39,450 nt of DNA from a virus (Duplodnaviria > Caudoviricetes): IMG/VR virus record IMGVR_UViG_3300042541_000156, positions 1-39,450 of that record. One strand, given 5' to 3'. Each line of letters opens with the position of its first letter. Position 1 is the first letter of the stretch. Below the pieces are notes generated by a model, which was not told the origin of the DNA, made no database searches, and worked only from the letters and a program-made list of their open reading frames with translations. Made by a program: the position numbers and the translations under genes. Of this stretch, positions 10,023 through 18,837 are shown one piece after another.

Positions 10023-10310
10023 TTACTTCATAACTCCGTCATACATTTCTTCGAAGTTACGATTTTCGTCCTGCTCTTGAGCGTAGTTGCTCTTAAAGTA
10101 GACACGTGCCATACGACGAAGCATCTTCTTATCAATGCCAAGCTGATCTTCCATTCGCGCGAGAGTGTCCTTCTGCAAATCCCTTTCAGCAGCAATTCGC
10201 GTCATACTGTCGTTCATTTCAAGAACAGCATCCTTAACGCGCTTCTTGTCCGCTTCAGAAAGACCGTTGATCGAAACGAATACTTTTTGATTGTGTCCCA
10301 TGCCAGCCAT
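10023..10310 (-). CDS. dsDNA-binding protein, T4 DsbA / GapR (DUF2312)-like
   Basis: 95-aa helical protein: GMGHN N-terminus, MTRIAAERDLQKD, LGIDKKMLRRMARVY, FEEMY. Confidence 0.75.
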   Translation of the reverse strand: MAGMGHNQKVFVSINGLSEADKKRVKDAVLEMNDSMTRIAAERDLQKDTLARMEDQLGIDKKMLRRMARVYFKSNYAQEQDENRNFEEMYDGVMK

Positions 10311-10963
10311 TACTTAGTCTCCACTGCAATCCAATACTTGATCTTCTTGTTCTTCGCCGCAAACTTCGCGAAGCCGTTCAACATAACTTCAACGTCATAA
10401 TCATCCGCAATCATTTTGAGATTTTCAAACTTGAACGTAACAGAACAATCTTCACCTGTATGATCGGCAAGCTTGATAGATGCAGAGTTAGAAGTGTCGT
10501 TTGCCTTCTCATGCGCGAGAAGACGAAGTTCACCATTCTTACCAACAATAGAAATGTTAGGAAATCCGTTTGTTGCAGCAAGACGACGGATACGCTGCCA
10601 AACAGAATCGGTCAGAGTGAAGCGAAGATCAACCTGCTTCATCGTCAGTTCCTTATCGGGAGGGGAAGTGATGAGACCAATCGCACTTGAGTAATAGTGC
10701 AGACCGACAGTACCATCAGTCATGGTTAGAGACTTGTCACCAAAATCGATATCAGGATTATCGAAAGAGGTTACGTTTCCAAGAAACTGTGGCAAATCAT
10801 AGATGCCAAACTGAATAGGAATGTTGTCTTCAAGTTCAGCTTCACATAGAATAGACTTGTCCATGTTGATGGTCTTCTGAACATTACCTGTTCGAAGAAC
10901 GAGTCCAGAATTGATTTCTGAAAAGTTCTTGAGGACCTTTAGAGTGTTTTCGCTAATCTTCAT
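10310..10963 (-). CDS. 45: DNA polymerase sliding clamp (gp45)
   Basis: MKISENTLKVLKNFSEINSG, FGIYDLPQFL, FKFENLKMIADDYDV, YWIAVE. Confidence 0.95.
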   Translation of the reverse strand: MKISENTLKVLKNFSEINSGLVLRTGNVQKTINMDKSILCEAELEDNIPIQFGIYDLPQFLGNVTSFDNPDIDFGDKSLTMTDGTVGLHYYSSAIGLITSPPDKELTMKQVDLRFTLTDSVWQRIRRLAATNGFPNISIVGKNGELRLLAHEKANDTSNSASIKLADHTGEDCSVTFKFENLKMIADDYDVEVMLNGFAKFAAKNKKIKYWIAVETK

Positions 10964-10988
10964 AATATATTCTCCAGTTAGATTTAGT

Positions 10989-11666
10989 TTAGGCTGCTAG
11001 TATAGCAGACTTTTGTGGGCCTGTAAAGACTTTTAGCAGGTGACTGATATCAGCTTCAAGCATGGAAATGTTTCCGTTGTTATCAAGATGATAATCCATA
11101 ATCGATCCTGCCCATGCCCATTCAGAGTAGTGGATCTTATACTGATCTACCATTGCATCTTCGGCAGCTAACTTTCGAGAAATCTGTTCGTGAGTTTCAG
11201 CTTTCCTGTTAGCAATGACAGCAGTATCGTACCAAATAGGATCAGGACCACGCTGAACACGAACTGCAAACCCTCCCTTTGATCTCATCCAATCAATTTC
11301 ATTTGGGAATCGAACATCAGCAATTATTACGTTCTTATACATTTCGGCTTTACGCTCTAATGCATGTACCCAAACGTCTTGATGAAAAACATTGCGACCA
11401 GCTTCTGTTCCCATCAATTGAAGAGCTAGACGAGGTGAAAAATCAAACTCAAACTTCTTTGACCACCATTCATCTTTTGTTTCACGAAATTCCCTACTTT
11501 CTAAAGTGTCACCTTCAAGAAGGGCTCGCGGCCATCCGAAGATAGCCGCAGTTGCATCCTTAACAGCATCAGCAAATGAAAGCTTAACAAAGCCGTGCTT
11601 CTCGACCAAAATATCAGCAACAGTGCCTTTACCTGATCCAATAAATCCTACAACACCAATTATCAT
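10989..11666 (-). CDS. Deoxynucleoside monophosphate kinase (gp1-like)
   Basis: IIGVVGFIGSGKGT P-loop, SFADAVKD, PRLALQLMGTEAGR, DVRFPNE, HYSEW. Confidence 0.92.
   Translation of the reverse strand: MIIGVVGFIGSGKGTVADILVEKHGFVKLSFADAVKDATAAIFGWPRALLEGDTLESREFRETKDEWWSKKFEFDFSPRLALQLMGTEAGRNVFHQDVWVHALERKAEMYKNVIIADVRFPNEIDWMRSKGGFAVRVQRGPDPIWYDTAVIANRKAETHEQISRKLAAEDAMVDQYKIHYSEWAWAGSIMDYHLDNNGNISMLEADISHLLKVFTGPQKSAILAA
10999..11027 (-). promoter_or_regulatory. Sigma70-type promoter upstream of gene 45
   Basis: TTTACA-17 nt-TATACT with an extended -10 TG, inside the 3' end of the dNMP kinase gene. Confidence 0.65.
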
Positions 11667-12559
11667 TATAGATTTCCTGTATATTGAGCGATTGCTTGCA
11701 TGTTACCAGTGAAGGCATAAGTGCCAACATGTTGCGTCTTCATCCATGGACACAGCCAAATTTGCACATCGATCTTTCGAAGATACTGACAGAACATGTA
11801 ATCCTCAGAAAGATACCTATGTGACGCATTCTTTTCTGTGTTCATAAATTCTTGTGCCTTCTTCTTGATGTTATCACCCTGTGCAGCAATCTTTACGAGA
11901 TGGTATAGATCGTCATAAGTATAACCATTGTCAATCACAGTATCAAAATATGCGTGAATGTAGCGAGAACCATCAAAGTTGGCCTGACCAACATGATCTG
12001 GCTTGTAGTTCTGCTTCGGATAGGCATTCTTGAACTTTTCGAATACTTCACGTTTGACCATCATGAAGCCAGTTCCAATTTCCATAACCTCAAGAGGTTC
12101 GCGAACGTTGAACTGTGTTGTACCTGGCACGGGATTGAAAACATAATCGCCAACAAGATTGTCCAATTCATTTACTGGTGTTGTTGGATCTTTAACAAGA
12201 GCCGCAGCAATGTTTTTCCAATTGATTGACTTCTTAGGATAAGGTGCACCAATAACGTCTTTGTCCAAAGCAATAAGGGCTAGAACATCTTGAGGATCAA
12301 AATGAATATCAGAATCGATGAAGAGAAGATGTGAGCTATCTGAGCGCAAGAATTCGTCTACCAAATAGTTTCTTGCGCGGGTAATTAGTGATTCATTGAA
12401 GAGGAAAGAGAATCGAACTTCAATGCCATATTGAAGACAGATGCTTTGAAGATCAAGGCATGCCTTCATATAAAGTCCATTGTTCTGTCCACCATACATA
12501 GGTGTTGCTATGAACAGTTTGGTCTTTCTTAGGTCTTCAACTTTGATTGATAATTCCAT
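11666..12559 (-). CDS. GT-A fold (GT2-like) glycosyltransferase
   Basis: IATPMYGG, RARNYLVDEFL, HLLFIDSD (DxD), IGTGFMMVKREVF, YLSEDYMFC, HVG. Confidence 0.75.
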   Translation of the reverse strand: MELSIKVEDLRKTKLFIATPMYGGQNNGLYMKACLDLQSICLQYGIEVRFSFLFNESLITRARNYLVDEFLRSDSSHLLFIDSDIHFDPQDVLALIALDKDVIGAPYPKKSINWKNIAAALVKDPTTPVNELDNLVGDYVFNPVPGTTQFNVREPLEVMEIGTGFMMVKREVFEKFKNAYPKQNYKPDHVGQANFDGSRYIHAYFDTVIDNGYTYDDLYHLVKIAAQGDNIKKKAQEFMNTEKNASHRYLSEDYMFCQYLRKIDVQIWLCPWMKTQHVGTYAFTGNMQAIAQYTGNL

Positions 12560-12575
12560 TAGTGAACTCCATAAT

Positions 12576-12613
12576 AAAAAGGGATGCTACAGTAGTATAT
12601 AGCATCCCTTTTT
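12576..12613. terminator. Probable bidirectional intrinsic terminator
   Basis: 14-bp inverted repeat aaaaagggatgcta / tagcatcccttttt with a 10-nt loop. Confidence 0.75.
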
Positions 12614-12629
12614 GAATTGCTAGAAAAAA

Positions 12630-12842
12630 TTACGAGGCAATACGATAAAACATCTTGCGAGTACCGTTAACATTACGGTAGTTGCTATAGATGGTCTTAC
12701 CTTCAACATTGCGAAGATCCCAAACGCGCTTATACACGGCGTCCTTAGACAAGCCGGAAAGCTGTGCAAGTCGACCAGCAGTGATGCCAGTACCCTTGTT
12801 ATTCTTACGCAGAACCTTAGCAACACGGGAAAGATGAGACAT
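12630..12842 (-). CDS. Small winged-HTH DNA-binding protein (70 aa)
   Basis: ITAGRLAQLSGLSKDAVYKRVWDLR HTH plus a beta wing; GGAG Shine-Dalgarno upstream. Confidence 0.75.
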   Translation of the reverse strand: MSHLSRVAKVLRKNNKGTGITAGRLAQLSGLSKDAVYKRVWDLRNVEGKTIYSNYRNVNGTRKMFYRIAS

Positions 12843-12870
12843 TAAATAACTCCATTATAATTTTAGGTTA

Positions 12871-12918
12871 CGAGTCTTCAAAAGGACGGACAGTGAATGA
12901 CTCAAGCCCACTGTCCGT
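12871..12918 (-). promoter_or_regulatory. Stem-loop or possible pseudoknot in the cobS-like to HTH intergenic region
   Basis: 10-bp stem ACGGACAGTG/CACTGTCCGT; loop UGAGUC is complementary to the downstream GACUCG. Confidence 0.5.
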
Positions 12919-12925
12919 ATTCTTG

Positions 12926-14149
12926 TTACATGGAAATTTCGCCATCATTAGTAGCGGCAGCTTCCGTCTTGACTTCCGGCTTCGGCTGGAGAGTTTCGTC
13001 CAGCTTCATGTAGAGGTCAAAGAAGCCATTCTTGGTATCCACATCAAAGCGGTTCAGACAAAGCTTGATTGCCTTCTCACGATCCTGACCGAAGATTGAG
13101 AACGCTTCGCAGATGTGGACAAGACGGCGAGTAGAGATGATATCAGACACGGCACCATCGTAGAATGCCTTGCGGATCATATCAGCCCAATTGACTAGCT
13201 TTTCTGCAAAGTCATTGTCATCACAACCGGAAGCCTGCAGAATATTCTTCACGATCTTGAGTTCGGTCTTGAGCGGCGGGTATTCCTGCTCGAAAGTGAT
13301 AGAGAAACGCTCAAGGAAAGCTTCGTTCATCACGTTGGTACCGATGAAGCGACCGTCGTCAGAACCCTTACCCTTGGTATTGGCAGTAGCCAGAATGTTG
13401 AAGCCCTTAGCAGGCGTTACCACACGATTGATCTTCTTAAGATAGATCGGCTTGCCTTCAAGAATGGGCTGAAGGCACATGAGCTTGGCATCACCGAGAT
13501 CCACTTCGTCCAGAAGCAGGATGGCACCACGTTCCATAGCCACGATAACCGGACCATTCTGCCAGACAGTCTTACCATCGATAAGACGGAAACCACCAAT
13601 CAGGTCATCTTCGTCCGTTTCTTTGGTGATGTTGGCACGAACCAGTTCACGCTTTTCTTGGGCGCAAATCTGCTCAATCATCATGGTCTTACCGTTACCA
13701 GACAGACCGGTCACATAAGTCGGATAGAACTTACCAGACTTGATGATCATGCGGACATCGGCAAAGTGGCCGAAAGGAACATAACCAGAAGCCTTAGCGG
13801 GAACCAGTGACACAGTATCAGCGACACTGGTGTGCAGAGCAGCAATTGCCATGTCATGCTGATTTGACACTTCGATGGCAGTGTTAGAAGCAACCGGAAC
13901 TTCCGAAGCAATATCGGAAGCCTTAATTGCCTTAGCTGCCTTCACGGGCTTAGTGGAACCACTGTCATCAAGGGAATACACTCCGCGCGAGACATGTCGC
14001 GCCTTGTCCTTGATGAACCAAACCGGATAATCAATTCCGTACTTACGTTCAATGAGGATAACTTCCTGACGGGTGATGGTCGCGATATCACCGAATTCCT
14101 TCTTAACAGCGTTAAAGAAGGCAGACTTGTCGAGAGGGCGCTTAGCCAT
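12926..14149 (-). CDS. CobS-like / MoxR-clade AAA+ ATPase
   Basis: GLSGNGKT, TDEDDLIGG, LLLDEVD, ATANTKGKG, NEAFLERF, ISTRRL. Confidence 0.9.
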   Translation of the reverse strand: MAKRPLDKSAFFNAVKKEFGDIATITRQEVILIERKYGIDYPVWFIKDKARHVSRGVYSLDDSGSTKPVKAAKAIKASDIASEVPVASNTAIEVSNQHDMAIAALHTSVADTVSLVPAKASGYVPFGHFADVRMIIKSGKFYPTYVTGLSGNGKTMMIEQICAQEKRELVRANITKETDEDDLIGGFRLIDGKTVWQNGPVIVAMERGAILLLDEVDLGDAKLMCLQPILEGKPIYLKKINRVVTPAKGFNILATANTKGKGSDDGRFIGTNVMNEAFLERFSITFEQEYPPLKTELKIVKNILQASGCDDNDFAEKLVNWADMIRKAFYDGAVSDIISTRRLVHICEAFSIFGQDREKAIKLCLNRFDVDTKNGFFDLYMKLDETLQPKPEVKTEAAATNDGEISM

Positions 14150-14185
14150 TTAGAACTTCCTTGTGTGTGTTTCGATTATGTGTAT

Positions 14186-14214
14186 ATTATAGACTAGGTA
14201 AAGGTGTTTGTCAA
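14186..14214 (-). promoter_or_regulatory. Consensus sigma70 (early) promoter for the cobS-like gene
   Basis: Perfect TTGACA-17 nt-TATAAT; the -35 box overlaps the stop codon of the upstream gene. Confidence 0.88.
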
Positions 14215-16445
14215 GCGGCAATTCGCTTGACAAACCGTGAGAGTAGAACACGGGAAACCGTCTTCTTTTCGGAAAACTTGATGAATTCCTTTGCAGCCTT
14301 GTTACGGGTCATGTTGGAATCTACAACCAGTTCCTTGTTAGTGGAAACATTGAACATCTTAGGGTTGAGAATATAGTATTCATCATAACCTGCAGTGTCA
14401 ACTGGAAAAAATCCATCATTTGTCCAAGACTTCTTGGCATCAGTCAGGCGCTTGTCATAAACGCCAAACTTATATTGATCCCAAACACGCTGGAATCCAT
14501 CACCGTTGATAAAGAAGCCAATAAGATTACAGTTGGTACGATCCTTCAGAACCTTAAGAAGCAGAGAAGTCATGCGACGGTCGCCAAGGCTGTACCGAAT
14601 GTCGTAAGATTTCTTGGTAAGATCATCCTGAAGAATGTACTTGGTCTTACCAGACCAACCATAACCGTACTGATTTTTTCCATGGAAACCATAGATAGGA
14701 TCGGATTCGCCATCAGTCAGGAAGATGGTATTGACAACCTGAACTTTAGACTGATTATGGAACTTATTTACAACCAGATCTGCCAGAGCAATACACTCAT
14801 TGAGTGGAGTGGACGACATTCCATCACAGGGCATATGACCACCACAACCCATGAGCCAAAGATGGTACATTGCATCATTGAGTTCCTGGATCTTCATTCG
14901 AGATGAAAGAATGTTACGGATCATGACAGGATCCATAGAAATTTCATCTTGATTTTGAGAGAAGAACTGGGTATCCGGAAGAAGAGTGCCTCCATCATCC
15001 TTGTAATCAGTGTACAGAACACTACGGAACGAATAAACCTCAAAAGGAATCTGTACCCGCTTGCAAAACATTGCCAGTGAGAAAAGCTGCTTTAGCGTTT
15101 TCTTCAGGTTGGATTGCATTGAACCAGACCAATCAACAAACATAACGAAGCCGTGATTTTTGCCAGTCGCAACGGAAGTGACACGACGGAAAAGGTCATC
15201 ATTATACTTGTAGGTATGCAGCTTATTCATATCGATTACACCGGTCTTCGAAACGCTGGTGCGACTATATTCATCCGCAGACTTTCGCATTTCAAATTCT
15301 TTAACCATGAAAGAAATCGTGGCATTTTCATCTGCACGGAACTTCATGAGTTCCGCACGAACCGAATCTTGCCAAAACTTGTCTTGCCACATCTTAGGAA
15401 GATAAGACCGCTGTTCAGCTAGAACCTGCTTGTAGTCAACAACCATCTTGTTGATATCGACAGGACGAGGAAGCTTCAGGTAAATATACCGTTCGTCCGA
15501 ATTCTTAATCAGATCATCCTGCGTCTTTTGCCAAGACTTTTCAGTTTCCGATTCCGGCAGGTTGTTATCATCACCGCTGCCGTTCTGAGAACCCATGTTT
15601 ATAGGAGTATCAGAATATTCGTTTGAGCGGTCATCAGACTGGGTCTTACCAGACTTATTACCATCTTCATCATCATCCGATGCTTCACCATCGGCATTAC
15701 CGTTGCCGTCAGTTTCATCCGTTTCCGAATCATCATAGGTCATGTCATCAGAGTCCGAATCATCCGATTCCGACCATTTGCCGTCATCTTCACCGGCTTC
15801 TTCGCCCATGTCATCCGGATTGTTTTCTTGATCCTGTTCCTGCTGATCCTTAGACCAAGTGAAAATCTTTTCAGTGAGTTTCAAAACCTCATCAAAGGTT
15901 TCAGCATTCTCAACCTCAAGAAGCATTTTCTTCTCAACAGGAGAAAACTTGATGCCCATCATAGAGCCGCCCTTGCAATAGATGTTAAGGCGATCAATAA
16001 AGGACATTTGATTAACGTCCCGCTTTTCGGTACCGAAGAAATCACGTTCAATGAGTTCCTTATAACCCTTCACGTAATTCCGACGGGCACCAGGGAAGCG
16101 GCGCTTCTGGCGCTTATCAATACGGGCATCCTCAATAACGTTTAGAAAGCCCTTGACGGCACCCATCGCGCGATTAGAAGCAGAACCCGTAACACGGAGA
16201 GCAATATCCTTGATTGCATCAGCCCAACCTTCGGGAGGAGTATCAAGAGCATGGCCGACTTCATGTACAACCAGAAGGTCATATAGGTCATCGGAAATAT
16301 TGTGCCATATCGGCAGACACAGGACACGGTTCTTTACGTCGAACCATGCGGTCTTTGCACCAGGCTTATGCTGTACGGCAATGTTTTCAGTGGCCAAAAG
16401 CTTAGCCAGCTGAGACTTTCCGTTCTGAATATTTGCTTGTTCCAT
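14211..16445 (-). CDS. CobT-like protein: zincin-like HExxH domain, acidic linker and vWA domain (744 aa)
   Basis: HEVGHAL, NVIEDARID, D/E-rich linker, MIDAS motif DWSGS...STPL...LTDGE. Confidence 0.85.
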   Translation of the reverse strand: MEQANIQNGKSQLAKLLATENIAVQHKPGAKTAWFDVKNRVLCLPIWHNISDDLYDLLVVHEVGHALDTPPEGWADAIKDIALRVTGSASNRAMGAVKGFLNVIEDARIDKRQKRRFPGARRNYVKGYKELIERDFFGTEKRDVNQMSFIDRLNIYCKGGSMMGIKFSPVEKKMLLEVENAETFDEVLKLTEKIFTWSKDQQEQDQENNPDDMGEEAGEDDGKWSESDDSDSDDMTYDDSETDETDGNGNADGEASDDDEDGNKSGKTQSDDRSNEYSDTPINMGSQNGSGDDNNLPESETEKSWQKTQDDLIKNSDERYIYLKLPRPVDINKMVVDYKQVLAEQRSYLPKMWQDKFWQDSVRAELMKFRADENATISFMVKEFEMRKSADEYSRTSVSKTGVIDMNKLHTYKYNDDLFRRVTSVATGKNHGFVMFVDWSGSMQSNLKKTLKQLFSLAMFCKRVQIPFEVYSFRSVLYTDYKDDGGTLLPDTQFFSQNQDEISMDPVMIRNILSSRMKIQELNDAMYHLWLMGCGGHMPCDGMSSTPLNECIALADLVVNKFHNQSKVQVVNTIFLTDGESDPIYGFHGKNQYGYGWSGKTKYILQDDLTKKSYDIRYSLGDRRMTSLLLKVLKDRTNCNLIGFFINGDGFQRVWDQYKFGVYDKRLTDAKKSWTNDGFFPVDTAGYDEYYILNPKMFNVSTNKELVVDSNMTRNKAAKEFIKFSEKKTVSRVLLSRFVKRIAA

Positions 16446-16468
16446 TACGTCCTCTTGATTATTGACTT

Positions 16469-16497
16469 ATCTTAGACTGTTTTGAGGTCCAAGTCAA
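16469..16497 (-). promoter_or_regulatory. Sigma70-type promoter for the cobT-like gene
   Basis: TTGACT-17 nt-TAAGAT, followed by a GAGG Shine-Dalgarno. Confidence 0.75.
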
Positions 16498-16500
16498 TAG

Positions 16501-16761
16501 TTAACCGATGTAGACAAAAAGGGTTGCTCGGCTATACAATTGCTTATAAGTTGCAATATGCATGTTATCATGCTTGTTATACATTTTCTTGTATAACTTG
16601 AAAGGCTGTTCGTTTCCGTAACAGGTTTCGATCATATTAGGAAAATCAGGATCATTTGATACAGCACTAAGGTCGACGTGGAAAACGTTCGGCTTGCTTT
16701 CATAAACGATATGGGTTACGAGATGGGAATTGTCAAGTCTGAGGGGTTCTGAATTTGTCAT
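16501..16761 (-). CDS. Hypothetical protein (86 aa)
   Basis: ORF fills the gap on the coding strand; no recognised motif. Confidence 0.5.
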   Translation of the reverse strand: MTNSEPLRLDNSHLVTHIVYESKPNVFHVDLSAVSNDPDFPNMIETCYGNEQPFKLYKKMYNKHDNMHIATYKQLYSRATLFVYIG

Positions 16762-16777
16762 GTACTATATATAAGTA

Positions 16778-16808
16778 CGGCAACCCTCTTTTTCAAGAGT
16801 GGTTGCCG
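16778..16808 (-). terminator. GC-rich hairpin with GAAA loop (terminator or processing signal)
   Basis: CGGCAACC-A-CTCTT GAAA AAGAG GGTTGCCG; weak U-tract. Confidence 0.55.
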
Positions 16809-16868
16809 CATAGCTGGTATGTGTTCAATGCATAGCTACTGCTAAGTCATTGTTTTTACTAGAGAATA

Positions 16869-17780
16869 CTATAAACCATTGTAATTGTTGATCAATTTTA
16901 GTCCATAGTTGTTAACTTTTGGCAGTTTTGAAAGATCAACTCCTGGTTTTAATCTCAGCTTATTTTCCTTAAACTTTGAATAGTCCACATAATGATGCCA
17001 ACGACCATACTTCCAAACCATTTGAGCAACATCTGGATGCATATCAACTAGCATCTGAGACTTATTCACAGTACCAGTTGCATTCAATTGGCCATCACGC
17101 CATTTGCTCTTGTCTAGCTCACCTTCAGCATGGTAGAATTCAGAAGTGTTTCCACCCTTAACAGTTTGCGTTGCGGCTTTACCCTGCATCCATATATTGA
17201 ACTGAATCGTGCAATCACCATCTTTAAGAACATTGAGGCAGATATCAGTATCTTCGTTATAACGTCCACGCCATCTATGTTTACAATCATTGGAAATGAG
17301 TAGACAAGAATAGATACGTGTGTTTATCACAAAAGGTGGATACTTCTGATTGGGTGCAATAAAGAACCGATACTGAAAACCTGAGATAGGAACATTCTCA
17401 AAACGATCAACAAAATCTTCGGCAGCTTTGAAACATACTCCAGAACCTACTCGAATTCTTTCGTTCTTATGAAGTCGATAGAAATCTGAAATGTTATCGT
17501 CTAATACCCAATGCTTCTCAGCTCCTATTGAAATAGCATGATCCCAACACCAATTACGAGCCCGACCAGGGCCGTCACCGTGGTTGCTGAAAGGGGCAAC
17601 AAGCAGAGTAACATAATCCCTAATATTGAAATTATCAAGGGCAGCTTCATAAGAACTTTCATCTTGTGGCTCTATCGCTATGTAATGTGGAACTTTCATA
17701 CGCGCGAGTGAACGCGAAGTAAACATGCTTTCATGTCTACCTTTAGATATGATATAAACAGGATTTTTAGGGTTAGTCAT
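16869..17780 (-). CDS. TET-associated (TAGT/GREB1-like) glycosyltransferase
   Basis: PVYIISKGR, ARNWCWDHA, HWVLDDNI, NTRIYSCLLI, WRGRYNEDTDICL, KGGNT, GRWHHYVDY. Confidence 0.78.
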   Translation of the reverse strand: MTNPKNPVYIISKGRHESMFTSRSLARMKVPHYIAIEPQDESSYEAALDNFNIRDYVTLLVAPFSNHGDGPGRARNWCWDHAISIGAEKHWVLDDNISDFYRLHKNERIRVGSGVCFKAAEDFVDRFENVPISGFQYRFFIAPNQKYPPFVINTRIYSCLLISNDCKHRWRGRYNEDTDICLNVLKDGDCTIQFNIWMQGKAATQTVKGGNTSEFYHAEGELDKSKWRDGQLNATGTVNKSQMLVDMHPDVAQMVWKYGRWHHYVDYSKFKENKLRLKPGVDLSKLPKVNNYGLKLINNYNGL

Positions 17781-18837
17781 TTTTGAAATTCTTCTCCACT
17801 AGCATTATCTTATCTTGTACATACTCCAACAATTCCAAACGCCTTGATTCAGTAGGAATGTCAGTTGTTACAAGAGGAGATAAATCAACATCAAATGAAT
17901 TTTGAATGTCTACCAAATTACAAGCAGGGTTGATTAGTGGTAGACAGTCGTAGTTAATAGCTTCAATAAAGCGATAGATTGAAAAACAGTGTCTATCATA
18001 AGAAGGAAGCATATATGTGAAACGAGACTCTTCAATCTTGTTCAGATATGCATCTGGATCGATCAGTGTATTTTGACCATTTCTGTAATCTTTGATATAG
18101 AAGTTTACAGTTTCAAACTTAGCTTCGATATCTTCAATATCACCTATAAACTCCTCACGATTGCTTTTCTCAAGAATTGTTAATCCAAATGTAAAGTCTG
18201 TAATCTTGTCTCTTGTGATCATAGGCACCGGCTTCGTCAATAGATAAGCCTGCAGACTATCCAATCGATTAATACCATAAGCTGGAATATCATAACCATG
18301 ATACAGATAGTAGTCTGTGGTTGGCTTTACATCTTCATGAAACAGACCGCAACTGATTTCGTTTGGATCAATAGCAATTTCATGCAGAGGTATGTTGTAT
18401 GTATTATGAGCTTTAAGCATTGCAAGAATGTTAGTGCAGTGAGCGCCTACACTCTGAAACTTGATCTGACCACCGTCATTAGGAAATACACCAGATCTTT
18501 TACCTACACGGGTAAGTTCAGAACGCCATAGGTCCATACCTCCAACAATGAACAGCTTGTCATATTGTTGAAGTGGAGTCACATCTATTGCATCATAAAC
18601 GTCCATCCATGATGACATCAAAGGAACTAAGGTTTCATAATAATGTCCATAATGATTATAATAGTTGTCCACTTCAACATTGCCATAGCGAGATAATGCT
18701 ATCTTAGCACCATCTGTTTTTGTTGTGCTGAGAATATCAACTTCATCGCATGTTTGAGATATGATATTCATATGACGGATGACTATCTTGCCCTCACGAC
18801 CACTAATAGGTCTAGCTGAATAAATCAGACCTCTCAT
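17773..18837 (-). CDS. Putative GT-B fold glycosyltransferase (beta-glucosyltransferase-like, 354 aa)
   Basis: Size similar to T4 beta-gt; C-terminal YLNKIEESRFTYMLPSYD...SIYRFIEAINYDCLPLI resembles the GT-B donor-binding region; adjacent to the TAGT gene. Confidence 0.55.
   Translation of the reverse strand: MRGLIYSARPISGREGKIVIRHMNIISQTCDEVDILSTTKTDGAKIALSRYGNVEVDNYYNHYGHYYETLVPLMSSWMDVYDAIDVTPLQQYDKLFIVGGMDLWRSELTRVGKRSGVFPNDGGQIKFQSVGAHCTNILAMLKAHNTYNIPLHEIAIDPNEISCGLFHEDVKPTTDYYLYHGYDIPAYGINRLDSLQAYLLTKPVPMITRDKITDFTFGLTILEKSNREEFIGDIEDIEAKFETVNFYIKDYRNGQNTLIDPDAYLNKIEESRFTYMLPSYDRHCFSIYRFIEAINYDCLPLINPACNLVDIQNSFDVDLSPLVTTDIPTESRRLELLEYVQDKIMLVEKNFKND

Noticed and set aside
12926-16445. 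Cobalamin biosynthesis (cobS/cobT) as auxiliary metabolic genes
   Set aside because: No cobN or other cob genes in the window; the architecture fits a generic AAA+/vWA pair, so gene symbols were withheld
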